A DNA stretch of 64,000 nt from Candidatus Krumholzibacteriota bacterium (GTDB lineage Bacteria > Krumholzibacteriota > Krumholzibacteriia > JAJRXK01), in the NCBI GenBank assembly GCA_963727455.1, contig CAVSGG010000005.1:66081-130080 (forward strand), in the 5' to 3' direction. The notes below the pieces were generated by a model. That model was not told where the DNA came from, made no database searches, and saw only the letters and a list, made by a program, of their open reading frames with translations. The translations under genes and the position numbers were made by a program. Below, one piece after another: positions 1 through 9,616 of the stretch; position 1 is the stretch's first letter, and each line of letters opens with the position of its first letter.

Positions 1-1
1 G

Positions 2-1150
2 CGCGTGGTGCCCGAGGCCTACCGTGAGATTTTGAAAGCCCATGAGGAACTCGAGCCAGTGGGCGAGCCCTTGGTGGACAAGCTGAGCCTGGAGGAAGGG
101 CAACCCGTGGGCTTCGACCTCCAGATCGAGGTGCGCCCGGAGATCGAGCTACAGGGTCTCCAGTCGTGCCAGGTCGACAAGGTCGAGATCGAGATCTCAG
201 AGCAGCGCGTGGAGGCCGCGCTGCAGGAGATTGCCGCGCGCAATGCCAGCTGGGCCCCGGTCGAACGGGAAGCACGCGACGGGGATGCCCTGATGATCGA
301 CTATGCCCCGCTTGGCGAGGATGGAACGCCCAACGAGGCCGAACGTACCAAGAACTACGCGATGGAGCTGGGAGGCACCAGCGTACTTCCCGAGTTCAAC
401 GCGGCCCTGACCGGCCTGCAACCGGGGGAGGATACCCAGGTCGAGGTGAGCTACCCCGAGGACTATCCCCGCGAGGATCTCGCCGGCAAGACCATGAGTT
501 TCGAAGTGCGCGTCAATGAGATCAAGGAGAAGCAGATCCCGCAGCTCGACGAAGACTTCGCGCAGAACCTCGGTCCGTACAAGACTCTCGAGGAGCTGAA
601 AGTAGCCGTGAGGGACGATCTGGTGAAGACCGCCGAAAACGAGAGCAAGCGGCATTTCCGCGAGTCCCTGATCGACGAGGTCCTCAAGCAGAACGCTGTC
701 GCGGTGCCGCCCACTCTCGAGGCACGCTACGTGCAAGCGATGATCGAGGATCTGAAGCACAGTTCCGGGCGGGATTTCGACGAAGAGACCCGCAAGAAGC
801 TCGCGGAGAGTTATGCGCCCTCGGCGCGCCGCGCGACGCAGCGCTGGCTGCTGATCGACCACATCAAGAAGGCACAGGGGATCGAGGTCGGGGACGAGGA
901 GCTTCAGGTGAGGATCGAGGAGATCGCGGCCGAGCGTGATGCCACACCCGAGCAGGTGCAGCAGGCGCTACAGAGCAAGAATGGGCTCGCCCATCTGCGC
1001 ATGGAACTCGAGGAGAACCGCGTTTTCGACTGGCTCTCCGAGCAGGTTCAGGTGAAAGTGGTGCACAAGAGCGCCGAGGAGCTGGACGAAGAAGCGGCCA
1101 GCGAGGCAGAGGCCGCTCAGGACGAATCGAAGGACGCGAGCGGGAAGTAG
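2..1150 (+). CDS. tig: trigger factor, 5'-truncated by the window edge (C-terminal ~380 aa present)
   Basis: The frame is open to the window start. It has a long acidic Lys/Glu-rich C-terminal arm. The canonical tig-clpP-clpX-lon order follows immediately. Confidence 0.85.
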   Translation, partial: RVVPEAYREILKAHEELEPVGEPLVDKLSLEEGQPVGFDLQIEVRPEIELQGLQSCQVDKVEIEISEQRVEAALQEIAARNASWAPVEREARDGDALMIDYAPLGEDGTPNEAERTKNYAMELGGTSVLPEFNAALTGLQPGEDTQVEVSYPEDYPREDLAGKTMSFEVRVNEIKEKQIPQLDEDFAQNLGPYKTLEELKVAVRDDLVKTAENESKRHFRESLIDEVLKQNAVAVPPTLEARYVQAMIEDLKHSSGRDFDEETRKKLAESYAPSARRATQRWLLIDHIKKAQGIEVGDEELQVRIEEIAAERDATPEQVQQALQSKNGLAHLRMELEENRVFDWLSEQVQVKVVHKSAEELDEEAASEAEAAQDESKDASGK

Positions 1151-1189
1151 AGCGGGCCTCCAAGCCCCTTACCCTCAAGGAGTTCACAG

Positions 1190-1798
1190 ATGCTGGTTCC
1201 CATGGTGGTGGAACAAACGGGTCGCGGCGAACGGGCGTACGATATCTACAGCCGTTTGCTGAAGGATCGGATCGTCTTCATTGGTTCGCCGATTGACGAC
1301 AGTGTGGCAAATTTGGTCATCGCGCAGATGTTGTTTCTACAGGCCGAGGATTCCGATCGCGACATCTACTTGTACATCAACTCGCCCGGTGGCGTGATTT
1401 CGGCCGGTTTGGCTATCTACGACACCATGCAGTACATTTCCAATGATGTCGCGACGATCTGCATGGGGCAGGCGGCCTCGATGGCGGCGGTCCTCATGGC
1501 AGCGGGCTCAGCCGGCAAGCGATCGGCGCTGCCCCACTCGCGCATCATGATCCACCAGCCCATGGGAGGTTCGCAGGGTCAAGCGGCCATGATCGAGATC
1601 TACGCCAGGGAAATCCTGTACATGCGGGATCGATTGAACGAGATTCTGGCTGGCCACACCAAGCAGTCACTCAAGAAGATCGCCAAGGACACCGACCGCG
1701 ACTTCTTTATGTCGGCGGAAGAGGCCAAGGAATACGGCATCGTCGACAAGGTTATCGAGAAGCGAGAAGAACTGGGTCGGGATAGCAAGGACGGCTGA
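1190..1798 (+). CDS. clpP: ATP-dependent Clp protease proteolytic subunit
   Basis: Contains [20 protein letters not shown]. Catalytic Ser context is GQAASMAA, His context is IMIHQP and the Asp region is [10 protein letters not shown]. An AAGGAG RBS lies upstream of the ATG. Confidence 0.97.
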   Translation: MLVPMVVEQTGRGERAYDIYSRLLKDRIVFIGSPIDDSVANLVIAQMLFLQAEDSDRDIYLYINSPGGVISAGLAIYDTMQYISNDVATICMGQAASMAAVLMAAGSAGKRSALPHSRIMIHQPMGGSQGQAAMIEIYAREILYMRDRLNEILAGHTKQSLKKIAKDTDRDFFMSAEEAKEYGIVDKVIEKREELGRDSKDG

Positions 1799-1846
1799 GT
1801 CTAGTCTCAGCCGCCAGGATGCCATCCCCGGATGGAGCGAGTAGGA

Positions 1847-3103
1847 ATGAAGACCAAGAACGGTTCGCCTCAAGTCATCAAGTGCTCGTTCTGCGGACGG
1901 GGACAGGATGAGGTCGCCAAGCTGGTGTCCGGTCCCTCGGTGTACATCTGTAACGAGTGCATCAAGCTCTGCAACGACATTCTCGAGGATGAACTGCCCG
2001 CGATCAATACTCTGGACACCGGGGATTTTCCCAAGCCCCAGGACATGAAGGAGTTGATCGATCACTACGTGGTGGGGCAGGAGCAGGCCAAGCGCACGCT
2101 GGCCGTCGCGGTCTACAACCACTACAAGCGCATCAATCACCGCCGCGATGCGGACGACATTGAACTCGACAAGAGCAACATTCTTTTCGTTGGTCCCACC
2201 GGTACCGGCAAGACCCTACTCGCACAGACTTTGGCGCGCATTCTGAAGGTTCCGTTCGCCATCGTGGATGCGACGGCTCTGACCGAAGCCGGCTACGTGG
2301 GCGAGGACGTCGAGAACATCCTCGTGAAACTGCTGCAGAATGCCGATTACAATCTGGCCGCCGCCGAGCGCGGAATCATCTACATCGACGAGATCGACAA
2401 GATCTCCCGCAAGAGCGACAACCCCTCGATTACACGCGACGTGTCGGGAGAGGGCGTGCAGCAGGCGCTGCTCAAGCTCTTGGAGGGAACGGTGGCAAAC
2501 GTTCCGCCACAGGGTGGTCGGAAGCATCCTCAGCAGAAGTACCTGGAAGTGAACACGCGCGACATTCTGTTCATCTGCGGCGGCGCCTTCGAAGGGCTCG
2601 ATCGCATCATTCAGCAGCGCACTGGCGAAAAGATTCTGGGCTTCGAACGCACGAAGGGCGGAAGCAAGAGGGATAATCGCTTCAAGACTCTGCAGAAGAT
2701 GGAACCCGGCGACCTCATGAAGTTTGGGCTCATTCCCGAGCTCGTGGGACGACTCCCAGTCGTCGCTACTCTGGAAGAACTCGACGAGGATGCGATGGTT
2801 CGGATTCTCACCGAACCCAAGAACGCACTCGTGCGTCAGTACGAGAAACTCTTCGAGATGGAAGACGTGGAGTTGATTCTGGAAGAGGAAGCTCTGCGGG
2901 CGATCGCCAGAATGGCCATCGTGCGCAAGACAGGCGCGCGGGGTCTGCGCGCGATCCTCGAGGAGACCATGCTCAATCTGATGTTCGACATCCCCTCGTC
3001 GAAGGACGTGCAGAAGGTCGTCATCAACCGCCGCTGTATCGAGGAAGGCGAAGAGCCCATCGTCTATACTGGCCGCGATCAACTGCGAGTTCGCGAGGCT
3101 TGA
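1847..3103 (+). CDS. clpX: ATP-dependent Clp protease ATP-binding subunit ClpX
   Basis: Zinc ribbon CSFCGR...CNEC, Walker A GPTGTGKT and Walker [13 protein letters not shown] 1847 is preferred because a purine-rich RBS precedes it. The in-frame start at 1832 is the alternative. Confidence 0.96.
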   Translation: MKTKNGSPQVIKCSFCGRGQDEVAKLVSGPSVYICNECIKLCNDILEDELPAINTLDTGDFPKPQDMKELIDHYVVGQEQAKRTLAVAVYNHYKRINHRRDADDIELDKSNILFVGPTGTGKTLLAQTLARILKVPFAIVDATALTEAGYVGEDVENILVKLLQNADYNLAAAERGIIYIDEIDKISRKSDNPSITRDVSGEGVQQALLKLLEGTVANVPPQGGRKHPQQKYLEVNTRDILFICGGAFEGLDRIIQQRTGEKILGFERTKGGSKRDNRFKTLQKMEPGDLMKFGLIPELVGRLPVVATLEELDEDAMVRILTEPKNALVRQYEKLFEMEDVELILEEEALRAIARMAIVRKTGARGLRAILEETMLNLMFDIPSSKDVQKVVINRRCIEEGEEPIVYTGRDQLRVREA

Positions 3104-3143
3104 GTGGCGCGTGCGGCTACGCGCCCGCCGCTCAGAAACAACC

Positions 3144-3166
3144 AAGGCCCGCCTCGTGCGGGCCTT
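3144..3166 (+). terminator. perfect 9-bp stem hairpin between clpX and lon (attenuator or terminator-like, no U-tract)
   Basis: AAGGCCCGC-ctcgt-GCGGGCCTT read directly. It is followed by gagtgtg rather than a T-run. Confidence 0.3.
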
Positions 3167-3186
3167 GAGTGTGTAGGAGAGCAAGG

Positions 3187-5604
3187 ATGAGCAAGAGCAC
3201 CAAGGACAGAACCACAGAGGAGCTGGAGCTTTTGCCCAACCGCTTACCGCTCTTGCCCCTGCGCGATGTGGTGATCTTCCCGGGTGCGATCGTGCCGCTC
3301 TTGGTGGGTCGCGAACGAAGCATCCTCGCTCTGAATGCGGCAGCCGATGAAGAGAAGCTGCTAGTGGTCGCCGCGCAGCGCGAGCCGGAAGTGTCCGATC
3401 CGGGCTCGGAGGACATCTACTCCGTGGGCACCCTGGTGCGGATCCACCAGGTGCTGCGGCTGCCCGACGGCACCACCAAGATCCTCATCGAGGGAGTTTC
3501 CCGCGCCGAGATCCTCGCGCATCATCAGAACGAGGGCTACCTCACCGTCGACTTCAGGCTGTGTGAGGTCATCACCGAACCCGCCAGCACGGAGCTGGAG
3601 GCTCTGTGCCGCCAAGTGGTGGAGCTCTTCGAGGACTACGTACACCTGCACAAACGCATCCCGGACGAAACCGTCGTGGCGGCACAGCGAATCGAGGACG
3701 CTGATTCTCTGGCCGATACGGTGGCCGCGCAGTTGGTGGTGGGCGTCGCCCTGCGTCAAGAACTCCTGGAGAACCAGAGAACTACTCCCCGCTTGCGCGA
3801 ACTCGCGAAGATCCTGCGGCGCGAGATCGAAATTCTCGGAGTCGAGCGGAGGATCGAGGGCGAGGTCAAACAGCAGGTGGAGAAGGGCCAGAAGGAGTTC
3901 TACCTCAACGAGCAGTTGCGCGCGATCCGCAAAGAACTCGGATACGGACCCGAGGAAGATGACGAAATCGAGGAGCTGATCAAGCGAATCGAACACGCCG
4001 AGATGAGCGACGAGGCGCACGAGGTTGCTCTCAAGGAAGTGGGTCGTCTTGCCAAGATGGCCCCGATGTCTCCCGAGAGTACCGTGGTTCGCACTTACCT
4101 CGACACCCTCGTGGGTCTGCCCTGGGCCCGCCGTAGCCAGGACCGACTCGACACGCGCCGCGCCCGGCGGCGTCTCGACGCCGACCACTACGGTCTGGAG
4201 AAGGTCAAGGAGCGCATTCTCGAGTTTCTCAGCGTGGTGAAGCTCACGGGTCGCCTCCAGGGCTCGATCCTCTGTCTGGTTGGACCTCCGGGGGTGGGGA
4301 AGACCAGCCTGGGCCGCAGCATTGCCGAGAGCATGGGCCGCAATTTCGTGCGAGTGAGCTTGGGTGGGGTGCGCGATGAGGCTGAGATCCGCGGTCATCG
4401 GCGCACCTACATCGGCAGTCGCCCGGGCAGGATCATGGAGGGTCTAAAACGCGCGGGAACGCGGAATCCAGTGTTTCTTTTGGATGAGATCGACAAGCTG
4501 GGGAGCGACTTCCGCGGCGACCCCGCCTCGGCGCTACTCGAGGTTCTTGATCCCGAACAGAACAAGAGCTACAGCGACCACTTCTTGGAAGTTCCCTTCG
4601 ACCTCAGCGAAGTGTTCTTCATCACCACCGCGAACGTCTTGCACCAAATTCCACCCGCGCTCGGTGATCGCATGGAGATCATTCGCATTCCTGGTTATCT
4701 CGAACATGAGAAAGTTCTCATCGCAAAGAACTTCCTACTGCCCAAGGTTCGCAAAAGTCACGGCCTGGAGCGCACGCGTTTCACGGTGAGCGAATCCGCC
4801 TTGAAGGACGCGGTAAATCTCTATACTCGCGAGGCGGGGGTACGCAACCTCGAGCGCGAACTGGCGACGCTCTGCCGCCGGGTCGCGCGCCGCAAGGCCG
4901 AGAGACGTCCCATGCCGCGCATCATCCAGCGCAGCAATCTACAGCGTTTCCTCGGAGCGCCCAAGTACCTGCACCGTATGGTGGAGGAGGAACCCGAAGT
5001 GGGCGTGGTCAATGGCCTCGCATGGACTCCGGTGGGCGGAGAAATTCTGGAGATCGAAGTGTCCGCTCTACCGGGCAAGGGCCGGCTGACCCTGACGGGC
5101 AATCTGAAGGAAGTGATGCGAGAAAGCGCGCGGACCGCTCTCAGCTACGCGCGCTCGGTGGTGCCGGAGAGCAAGGCCTTCCTCGACCAGCACGACATCC
5201 ACATCCATGTGCCCGAGGGAGCTGTGCCCAAGGACGGACCCAGCGCGGGAACCGCAATGGCCACTGCCCTGGTGTCCATGATGACCGAGCGGAAGGTGCG
5301 ACGCGAAATGGCCATGACCGGTGAGGTGACTCTGCGAGGAAAAGTGCTCCCCATCGGAGGCCTGCCGGAGAAGGCGGTGGCTGCGCAACGCTTCGGCTGC
5401 AAGCACATCATCATTCCCGCCGACAACGAGAAGGACTATCTCGAACTTCCGCGGGACGTGCGCAAGGGTCTGAAGTGGCATCTGGTGTCACGCGTGGAAG
5501 AGGTGCTCGAGCTCGTCCTGCTGCCGGCCAAGAAGAAGGAGACGAAGGAAGACTCCCTGTTGAACGCCGGACGCAGCCGTCCGACGGAGAGCCGGGCTCA
5601 CTGA
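3187..5604 (+). CDS. lon: ATP-dependent Lon protease (LonA type)
   Basis: N-terminal LON domain LPLLPLRDVVIFPG, Walker A GPPGVGKTS, catalytic Ser context PKDGPSAGTAM and Lys context GGLPEKAVAA. ATG 3187 follows an AGGAGAGCAAGG RBS. Confidence 0.97.
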   Translation: MSKSTKDRTTEELELLPNRLPLLPLRDVVIFPGAIVPLLVGRERSILALNAAADEEKLLVVAAQREPEVSDPGSEDIYSVGTLVRIHQVLRLPDGTTKILIEGVSRAEILAHHQNEGYLTVDFRLCEVITEPASTELEALCRQVVELFEDYVHLHKRIPDETVVAAQRIEDADSLADTVAAQLVVGVALRQELLENQRTTPRLRELAKILRREIEILGVERRIEGEVKQQVEKGQKEFYLNEQLRAIRKELGYGPEEDDEIEELIKRIEHAEMSDEAHEVALKEVGRLAKMAPMSPESTVVRTYLDTLVGLPWARRSQDRLDTRRARRRLDADHYGLEKVKERILEFLSVVKLTGRLQGSILCLVGPPGVGKTSLGRSIAESMGRNFVRVSLGGVRDEAEIRGHRRTYIGSRPGRIMEGLKRAGTRNPVFLLDEIDKLGSDFRGDPASALLEVLDPEQNKSYSDHFLEVPFDLSEVFFITTANVLHQIPPALGDRMEIIRIPGYLEHEKVLIAKNFLLPKVRKSHGLERTRFTVSESALKDAVNLYTREAGVRNLERELATLCRRVARRKAERRPMPRIIQRSNLQRFLGAPKYLHRMVEEEPEVGVVNGLAWTPVGGEILEIEVSALPGKGRLTLTGNLKEVMRESARTALSYARSVVPESKAFLDQHDIHIHVPEGAVPKDGPSAGTAMATALVSMMTERKVRREMAMTGEVTLRGKVLPIGGLPEKAVAAQRFGCKHIIIPADNEKDYLELPRDVRKGLKWHLVSRVEEVLELVLLPAKKKETKEDSLLNAGRSRPTESRAH

Positions 5605-5609
5605 AGCCG

Positions 5610-6227
5610 ATGCAGCACGAAGTCGAATTGATCACTTTGGCGCCCGATCTCGATCATTGTCCGGATTCGGAGTTGCCCGAAATGGCCTTCAGTGGCCGCT
5701 CGAACGTGGGGAAGTCCTCTCTCCTCAACCTGCTGGTGGGCCGGCGCCGCGTGGCGCACACGAGCGGACAGCCCGGCAAGACGCGCGCTCTCAGCTACTA
5801 CCTCGTCGATCAGAGCTGGCACCTGGTGGACATGCCGGGTTACGGCTATGCGCGCACTTCGCAAGCCGAACGGCGGCGCTGGGCCGGGGCCAGCCGGGCT
5901 TATCTCTCCACGCGCTCGCAACTGCGCGGGGTGTTCCAGCTCATCGACCTCAAGGTCGGAGTGACCCCGGACGACCGGGCCCGGCTGCGGGACTTGCTCC
6001 GCTTCCATCGCAATTTTTGTATTATTTTCACCAAAGCGGACAAGGTGCCCCCGACGAAGCGCGAAGAGAAAGTCGTGGAACACCTTTCAGGGCTGGGACT
6101 TCCGGCGACGACCGGGGTCATCGTGAGTTCCGCTCAAAATCGGTTGGGTCGCGAGGAGATCTGGGCCTGGGTGGAGGACCACCTGAGCCCGCAAAGTACG
6201 GAAAATCCCCCAGATGCGGGCGATTGA
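5610..6227 (+). CDS. engB: ribosome-biogenesis GTPase EngB/YihA
   Basis: G1 GRSNVGKSSLLN, G3 DMPGYGYA and G4 TKADK. ATG 5610 lies 5 nt after the lon stop. The longer track ORF from 5475 would overlap lon. Confidence 0.9.
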   Translation: MQHEVELITLAPDLDHCPDSELPEMAFSGRSNVGKSSLLNLLVGRRRVAHTSGQPGKTRALSYYLVDQSWHLVDMPGYGYARTSQAERRRWAGASRAYLSTRSQLRGVFQLIDLKVGVTPDDRARLRDLLRFHRNFCIIFTKADKVPPTKREEKVVEHLSGLGLPATTGVIVSSAQNRLGREEIWAWVEDHLSPQSTENPPDAGD

Positions 6228-6253
6228 CCTTTTGGGCCGAGCGGTTCTATACT
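6224..6253 (+). promoter_or_regulatory. sigma70-like promoter candidate (TTGACC-N18-TATACT)
   Basis: Hexamers read at 6224-6229 and 6248-6253, about 130 nt upstream of the 6385 gene. The assumption that this lineage uses E. coli-like promoters is unverified. Confidence 0.3.
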
Positions 6254-6384
6254 GGATACAAGTCCGCGGACTCCTTGGCATGCTTCTGGTAAGTGGTAGT
6301 GCAGAGTTCGCGCGCACTGCGGTGCGCTGAACCTGGACCGCCTCCGAGGAGTAGGGGGATACGAAACTGGCTACCGTACGAGTC

Positions 6385-6840
6385 ATGCGTCGAGGCCTCT
6401 TTCTGCTCTCGTGCCTACTGTTGTTCGGCATGCTGGTGCCAGGGTCCGCTCGGGCCACGCGCTCGGAGATGTGGAGTCTTCCCACCTATGAACCGGCACG
6501 TTGTCTGACCTGCCATACCTCTTCCGAGAGCGCACTCGACAACGATCCCTCTTTGGCAACGCAGTTGAATCCTTTCGGAGTCGACTGGAATTCGCTCGGT
6601 CGCGTCTGGGGCGAACAGATCGCCAAGCGTGACAGTGACGGTGACCAGTGTATCAACGGTGCCGAGCTGGGCGATTATACCGGGACGCAGTGGACGGGTC
6701 CTTACGTGGAGGATCCGACTCGCAATGAACAAAACAGCAATCCCGGCGTTGTCGACTGCACCCGTGCCTCGATCAACGATCGGAGCTGGGGTATTCTCAA
6801 GGCCGTGTTCGGAGAATCGAACAAGTTCAAATACCGATAA
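6385..6840 (+). CDS. small secreted protein with one CXXCH motif, an Asp-rich Ca-binding-like loop and an internal copy of the SWGxLKAxF tail motif
   Basis: Signal peptide MRRGLFLLSCLLLFGMLVPGSARA, CLTCH, DSDGDQCINGAELGD and SWGILKAVF, followed by 9 further residues. Confidence 0.6.
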   Translation: MRRGLFLLSCLLLFGMLVPGSARATRSEMWSLPTYEPARCLTCHTSSESALDNDPSLATQLNPFGVDWNSLGRVWGEQIAKRDSDGDQCINGAELGDYTGTQWTGPYVEDPTRNEQNSNPGVVDCTRASINDRSWGILKAVFGESNKFKYR

Positions 6841-6922
6841 TTCATCTGGGTGCAAACCCTTCTTGTCTCAGCCGACCAGCTTCGCGCTGGAGGCGTGTTT
6901 TTTTGCGAGGTGAAGCAAGGCG

Positions 6923-8212
6923 ATGCAGACGGTACGCGTTGTTCTGGGCGGCCAGTGGGGGGATGAGGGCAAGGGGAAGATCGTGGACTGCCTCGCGGCG
7001 GACGTGGATCTCGTGGCGCGCTTTCAGGGTGGCGCCAATGCCGGCCACACCGTGAAAGTGGGAGACCAGGAGTTCGTACTTCATCTGCTCCCCACCGGAG
7101 TGCTGCACGAGAGGGTGCGCTGCTTTCTTGGAGCGGCGATGGTGGTGGACACCTGGGCCCTGCTGGATGAGCTGGATGAGCTGAAGAAAGCCGGGATCGA
7201 TGTGGAGGATCGAGTTCACATCGCCACCTCGGCCCATTTGGTACTGCCTTTTCACCGTAGGGTCGACGAGCTGCGCGAGAAGAGCCTTCAGCGCAAGAGC
7301 ATCGGCACCACCGGCTGCGGCATCGGTCCCACCTACGAGGACAAGATGGCGCGCATGGGAATGCGTGCCTCCGATCTCCTTCGCACCGATGAGAACCTGA
7401 AGCGCTTGGTGATCGAGAAAGTGCTGCGCGCGAATCAATACATTGCGGCTCGCTTCGAGGCCCCGGCCTTGGCGGCGGAAGCCCTCGCGGTCGAATTGGT
7501 GGAGCAGGCCCAGCGTCTGCGACCGATGATCAAGAGCCCCTACGAGTTCATGGCACCCGTGCGCAACGGCGCCTGGAATGCGCTCTTGGAGGGGGCCCAG
7601 GGCACCCTCTTGGACATCGATCACGGTAGCTACCCCTTCGTGACCTCCAGCAGCTGTACTGTGGGAGGCGCTCTGATCGGCACTGGGCTTTCGCCGTGGC
7701 GCATCAGCGCGGTGACCTTGGTGATGAAGGCCTATTGCACACGCGTCGGGAATGGCCCGTTTCCCACCGAATTGCACGGTGACGAAGCCGAGGAGTTGCG
7801 CCGGCTCGGACACGAGTTTGGTGCGACGACCGGTCGTCCACGACGCCCAGGTTGGTTCGACGCGGTTGCCGCCAGGTACGCGGTCGATATCAATGGCGCC
7901 ACCGAACTCGCGCTGACGAAGCTGGACGTCCTCAGCGGGATGGAACGGATCAAAGTCTGCACGGGGTACACCATCGACGATGAGCCGGTCGATTCCTTCC
8001 CCGATGACGCCTTGCGGCTCGAGCGTTGCAAGCCACGCTTCATCGAGCTCCCCGGCTGGGAGGGCGAATTGTCCGAAGCCAAGAGCTTCGAGGACCTTCC
8101 GGAGAATACCCGCGGCTACATCAAAGAGCTGGAGAAGCTCACGGGCTGTCGGGCTCGCTACGTCTCCACCGGGCCCCAACGCGATCATTTCATCGATCGC
8201 GGCGAAGCCTGA
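6923..8212 (+). CDS. purA: adenylosuccinate synthetase
   Basis: QWGDEGKGKIVD P-loop, GGANAGHTV and GTTGCGIGPTYEDK. The protein is full length at 429 aa. Confidence 0.97.
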   Translation: MQTVRVVLGGQWGDEGKGKIVDCLAADVDLVARFQGGANAGHTVKVGDQEFVLHLLPTGVLHERVRCFLGAAMVVDTWALLDELDELKKAGIDVEDRVHIATSAHLVLPFHRRVDELREKSLQRKSIGTTGCGIGPTYEDKMARMGMRASDLLRTDENLKRLVIEKVLRANQYIAARFEAPALAAEALAVELVEQAQRLRPMIKSPYEFMAPVRNGAWNALLEGAQGTLLDIDHGSYPFVTSSSCTVGGALIGTGLSPWRISAVTLVMKAYCTRVGNGPFPTELHGDEAEELRRLGHEFGATTGRPRRPGWFDAVAARYAVDINGATELALTKLDVLSGMERIKVCTGYTIDDEPVDSFPDDALRLERCKPRFIELPGWEGELSEAKSFEDLPENTRGYIKELEKLTGCRARYVSTGPQRDHFIDRGEA

Positions 8213-8367
8213 AAATTTGCAGATTTCCAGCTTTGTTCCCACAGGCGGAGGGACAGTCCGCCCTCAGGACCTCATTCGCGGCACGACGAGAAGCAACTCG
8301 ACTCCACCGGGTTGCGATGCCCTTTTGGCACGTATCCTGTTCTGCTGCAATTTGAGGTCTGAAATCG

Positions 8368-9282
8368 ATGCACTGGCTCTACTGGATTACTCTCGCTCTC
8401 GCGATCGCGGCTCTCGGATCCTACGGCTTCCAATTCTGGCGGCGGCGTGGACGACTCGAGGCTCTGGCGCGGCGGCACCACATGCATCGCCCCAAGGGAG
8501 GCGAGTTTGAAACGGTCCTGAAGACACTCCCGGAAAATTGGACGAATGCCGGACTGCGAGACATCCTGGTGGGCACCGATGGGAGTGGACGTTACTTCTC
8601 CGCACGCAAGGGGTGGGGGGGAGAGATGCATGAGGTGTTTCTCGTCGAATTGAGTCAGCATACCCCCGCACGGGGACTTCAACTGCAGAGCAGACGAAAG
8701 AAAACCGACTCGGCCAGCTTGCACATGGGCTGGAATCTGACGCCGGAGCAAGCCCTGGATGCGACGGCACGCGAAGTCGTGCAGCGGGTACTCCGCGAAT
8801 TTGCCGCCTTCAAGATGCATCACCCCAGACCGCAGATCTCCTTGGAAGTGGGGGACAAGGGTGCGGTTCTCTACGCGCCGGCAGCAGGGGAGGAGCAGCG
8901 AATGCAATTCATTGCGGCCGCGCGCGTTCTGCGGGGAGATCTCCTGCACTGCCTCTTCCGACGCGCTTCCATCAGCACGAACCCTGCTTCTTCCTCCAAG
9001 CCCGAAGAACCGGCCCTTCCCGAGATCGAGGAAGTCCATCCCGACATCGAGCGTGCTCTGGGCAGCCTGGAGGCCGAGCCTGTCGTGAGCGCCAAGGAGC
9101 TGTTGGCGGAGAAACCGCCTCCGCCCAAGAAGGGCTGGCAACGGGTGAACGGCAAAGAGGTCTTCCAGATTCCCGAGCCCGAGGACAGAGTCGTGGTGCT
9201 CTCGGCCAGTGCCTCGCACACGAAAGCGATCAAGCCCATCAAGGGCGTGGATCAAGACAAGTCCAAGTTCTTCTTGCCCTGA
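8368..9282 (+). CDS. hypothetical membrane-anchored protein
   Basis: An N-terminal TM helix WITLALAIAALGSYGFQFW is followed by a Lys/Glu-containing soluble part. Third codon positions are G/C-rich in this frame. The overlapping 377-aa minus ORF is Arg/Gly/Ser-rich, as antisense frames are. I recognise no family. Confidence 0.5.
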   Translation: MHWLYWITLALAIAALGSYGFQFWRRRGRLEALARRHHMHRPKGGEFETVLKTLPENWTNAGLRDILVGTDGSGRYFSARKGWGGEMHEVFLVELSQHTPARGLQLQSRRKKTDSASLHMGWNLTPEQALDATAREVVQRVLREFAAFKMHHPRPQISLEVGDKGAVLYAPAAGEEQRMQFIAAARVLRGDLLHCLFRRASISTNPASSSKPEEPALPEIEEVHPDIERALGSLEAEPVVSAKELLAEKPPPPKKGWQRVNGKEVFQIPEPEDRVVVLSASASHTKAIKPIKGVDQDKSKFFLP

Positions 9283-9424
9283 GTGCGCTTCGCGCTCGTC
9301 TCTTGCCCTATCCGAGTTCTCACGGTTGCCTGCACGGGCCTTCCTGGCTACACTACCGGTCCGCCGCCGCCTCGAAAGCAGCGGCACCCCTCTGCAGTCT
9401 CGCACCCGCGAGGCAGTCTCAGGT

Positions 9425-9500
9425 GGGCCTCTAGCTCATCAGGTAGAGCAACGGACTTTTAATCCGTAGGTGCTGGGTTCGAGTCCCAGGGGGCCCACCA
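9425..9500 (+). tRNA. tRNA-Lys (anticodon UUU), CCA encoded
   Basis: Cloverleaf folded by hand. Acceptor GGGCCTC/GGGGCCC (one G-U pair), D stem GCTC/GAGC, anticodon stem ACGGA/TCCGT with loop CTTTTAA, T arm CTGGG-TTCGAGT-CCCAG, then discriminator A and CCA. Confidence 0.93.
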
Positions 9501-9520
9501 GGTAACTCTAGCGAGTTACC
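9501..9520 (+). terminator. perfect 8-bp hairpin directly after tRNA-Lys
   Basis: GGTAACTC-tagc-GAGTTACC. No clear T-run follows. Confidence 0.3.
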
Positions 9521-9616
9521 TAGCTTGTAGAATCGCCAGGAAAGCACCAACAAATGCGGTGTGAGAGTCGTAGCTTACTGACGGTGGCAAAGCGACGTCA
9601 CTGGAGGGGGAAGAGC

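Noticed and set aside
5475-5609. Longer engB start overlapping lon by 130 nt.
   Set aside because: The extension is Arg/Gly-rich and lies inside the lon coding frame. ATG 5610 gives a normal-length EngB directly after the lon stop.
6842-8242. 466-aa ORF on the minus strand.
   Set aside because: It is fully antisense to purA, which has unmistakable motifs. The product is Arg/Gly/His/Leu-rich and lacks any recognisable motif. Long open antisense frames are expected in high-GC DNA.
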